The notes beneath the pieces were generated by a model. It did not search any database. It was not told where the DNA came from and was given only the letters and a program-made list of their open reading frames with translations. Positions 62,599 to 64,000 of a stretch of 64,000 bases of DNA are shown here, piece by piece (positions within the stretch are counted from its first letter, which is position 1; every line of letters starts with the position of its first letter). A program made the position numbers and the translations under genes. The DNA comes from an uncultured Chloroflexia bacterium (GTDB lineage Bacteria; Chloroflexota; Limnocylindria; Limnocylindrales; CSP1-4). The stretch covers positions 160,001 through 224,000 of the forward strand of contig CAVYIM010000007.1 in the NCBI GenBank assembly GCA_963768655.1, read 5' to 3'.

Positions 62599-63401
62599 TG
62601 CTTGCCCGCCGAGTCATCCCCTGCCTTGACGTGGCCAACGGCCGCGTTGTGAAGGGCACCAGGTTCGTGGATCTCACCGACGAGGGCGACCCGGCCGAGC
62701 TGGCGGAGCGCTACGCCCGGGAAGGTGCGGACGAGATCGTCTTCCTCGACATCGCCGCCGCTCCTGAGGGCCGTGGCACCATGCTGGAGGTCGTTCGGCG
62801 AACGGCCAGCCGGGCATTCGTGCCAGTCACGGTAGGCGGCGGTGTCCGCAGCGTGGGCGAGATGCGCGACGTACTACGCGCCGGCGCGGACAAGGTTTCG
62901 TTCAACACGGCTGCGGTGGCCCAGCCGGATCTGCTCACGGCCTGTGCGCGGCGCTTTGGCAGCCAGGCGGTGGTCTGCGCGATCGACGCCCGGCGCCTGC
63001 CGGAATCCTCGGGAGCGCGGCTCGAGACGGCGGTTGGCTGGGAGGTCGTCACGCACGGAGGTCGAACGCCTGCCGGCCTGGATGCCGTCGAGTGGGCACG
63101 GCGGGCGGTCGAGCTTGGCGCCGGCGAACTGCTCGTCACCTCGATGGACCGCGACGGCACGCGGAGCGGCTTCGACACGGAACTGTTGAGGGCCATCTCT
63201 TCTCGAGTGCGCGTGCCGGTGATCGCATCAGGTGGCGCATCCGGCCCGGAGGATTTCGTGGCCGCCGTCCGGGACGGGGGCGCCGACGCCGTGCTCGCGG
63301 CCTCGGTCTTTCACAGACGGATCTACTCGATCGACTCGGTCAAGAAGGCCATGGCCGCGGCCGGGTTGCCGGTCCGGCCCGTTCGGGAGGCCGCCGCATG
63401 A
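62595..63401 (+). CDS. hisF: IGP synthase cyclase subunit
   Basis: VIPCLDV..GRVVKG, TSMDRDG, IASGG. Confidence 0.97.
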   Translation: MMLARRVIPCLDVANGRVVKGTRFVDLTDEGDPAELAERYAREGADEIVFLDIAAAPEGRGTMLEVVRRTASRAFVPVTVGGGVRSVGEMRDVLRAGADKVSFNTAAVAQPDLLTACARRFGSQAVVCAIDARRLPESSGARLETAVGWEVVTHGGRTPAGLDAVEWARRAVELGAGELLVTSMDRDGTRSGFDTELLRAISSRVRVPVIASGGASGPEDFVAAVRDGGADAVLAASVFHRRIYSIDSVKKAMAAAGLPVRPVREAAA

Positions 63402-64000
63402 CAGCCAGACGGGCGCTCGAAGAACTGATTTCGTGGGGGCCGAGCGGCCTCGTGCCGGCGGTGGTTCAGGACGTCGCCGACGGCCGCGTCCTGATGGTCG
63501 CCTATATGGACGCCGAAGCGCTCGCCGCGACGATGACCAGCGACGAGGTGCACTTCCACTCGCGCTCCCGCGACCGCCTCTGGCGCAAGGGCGAAACCAG
63601 CGGCAACGTGCTGCGCCTGGTCGACGTCGACCTCGATTGCGACGGCGACGCGCTGCTGATCCAGGTGCAGCCCGTCGGGCCGACCTGCCACCGCGGCACG
63701 CGTAGCTGCTTCGACCCGGCCGACGGCGAGGCCGGCAGGCGTCCTCTCGGCCCCAACGCGCCCGGCATCCAGGGCTTCGCCTGGCTCGAAACGCTCTGGT
63801 CCACGATCGACGCCCGCGCCGCCGCCGACCCGGCCGCGTCCTATACGGCCCGCCTGCTGGCCGCTGGCGTCGACGGTCCGGCGCGCAAGATCGCCGAAGA
63901 GGCCACCGAAGTGCTGATGGCGGCCAAGGACGACGCCTCGGCCCCTGCCGACCGCCGGGACGCGACGCGTGCGGCGCTTGCCGGCGAGGTGGCGGATCTC
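63398..64000 (+). CDS. hisIE: Bifunctional PR-AMP cyclohydrolase / PR-ATP pyrophosphatase, 3'-truncated by window edge
   Basis: Own translation: [46 protein letters not shown]. Confidence 0.93.
   Translation, partial: MTARRALEELISWGPSGLVPAVVQDVADGRVLMVAYMDAEALAATMTSDEVHFHSRSRDRLWRKGETSGNVLRLVDVDLDCDGDALLIQVQPVGPTCHRGTRSCFDPADGEAGRRPLGPNAPGIQGFAWLETLWSTIDARAAADPAASYTARLLAAGVDGPARKIAEEATEVLMAAKDDASAPADRRDATRAALAGEVADL

Overview
High-GC (by eye) chromosomal window. The gene repertoire and the GAAC-N4-GTTC SOS boxes suggest a monoderm lineage, probably Chloroflexota (inference). The left arm (1-18.5 kb, + strand) carries nrnA, a truB/FAD-synthetase fusion, rpsO, pnp, asd, udg, rnj, ftsK, a RodZ-like gene, pncC, murC, yajQ and a ThDP enzyme. 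The middle (18.5-37 kb) is accessory: metabolic genes and two decayed toxin-antitoxin pairs. The right arm (37.7-54 kb, - strand) carries a GT2 gene, hflX, miaA, miaB, a PHP gene, ymdB, rny, recX, recA, tgt, ruvB/A/C and yebC, followed by EF-G2 and a his operon led by a TrpR-like gene. The two arms converge on a dif-like site at 37166-37193, so this is probably the replication terminus. Best novelty candidates: (1) two paralogous unannotated minus-strand RNA genes (~82 nt and ~275 nt) next to dif. They share a covarying terminal stem and an upstream cassette (-10, two DnaA-like boxes, one LexA-like box) at base-identical offsets. (2) A PNPase with an intact DEDDh 3'-5' exonuclease domain between its two RNase PH domains. 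Four +1 frameshifts all fall in GAWTC pentamers, which looks like methylation-driven sequencing error. All family calls are from motif recognition, with no database searches run.
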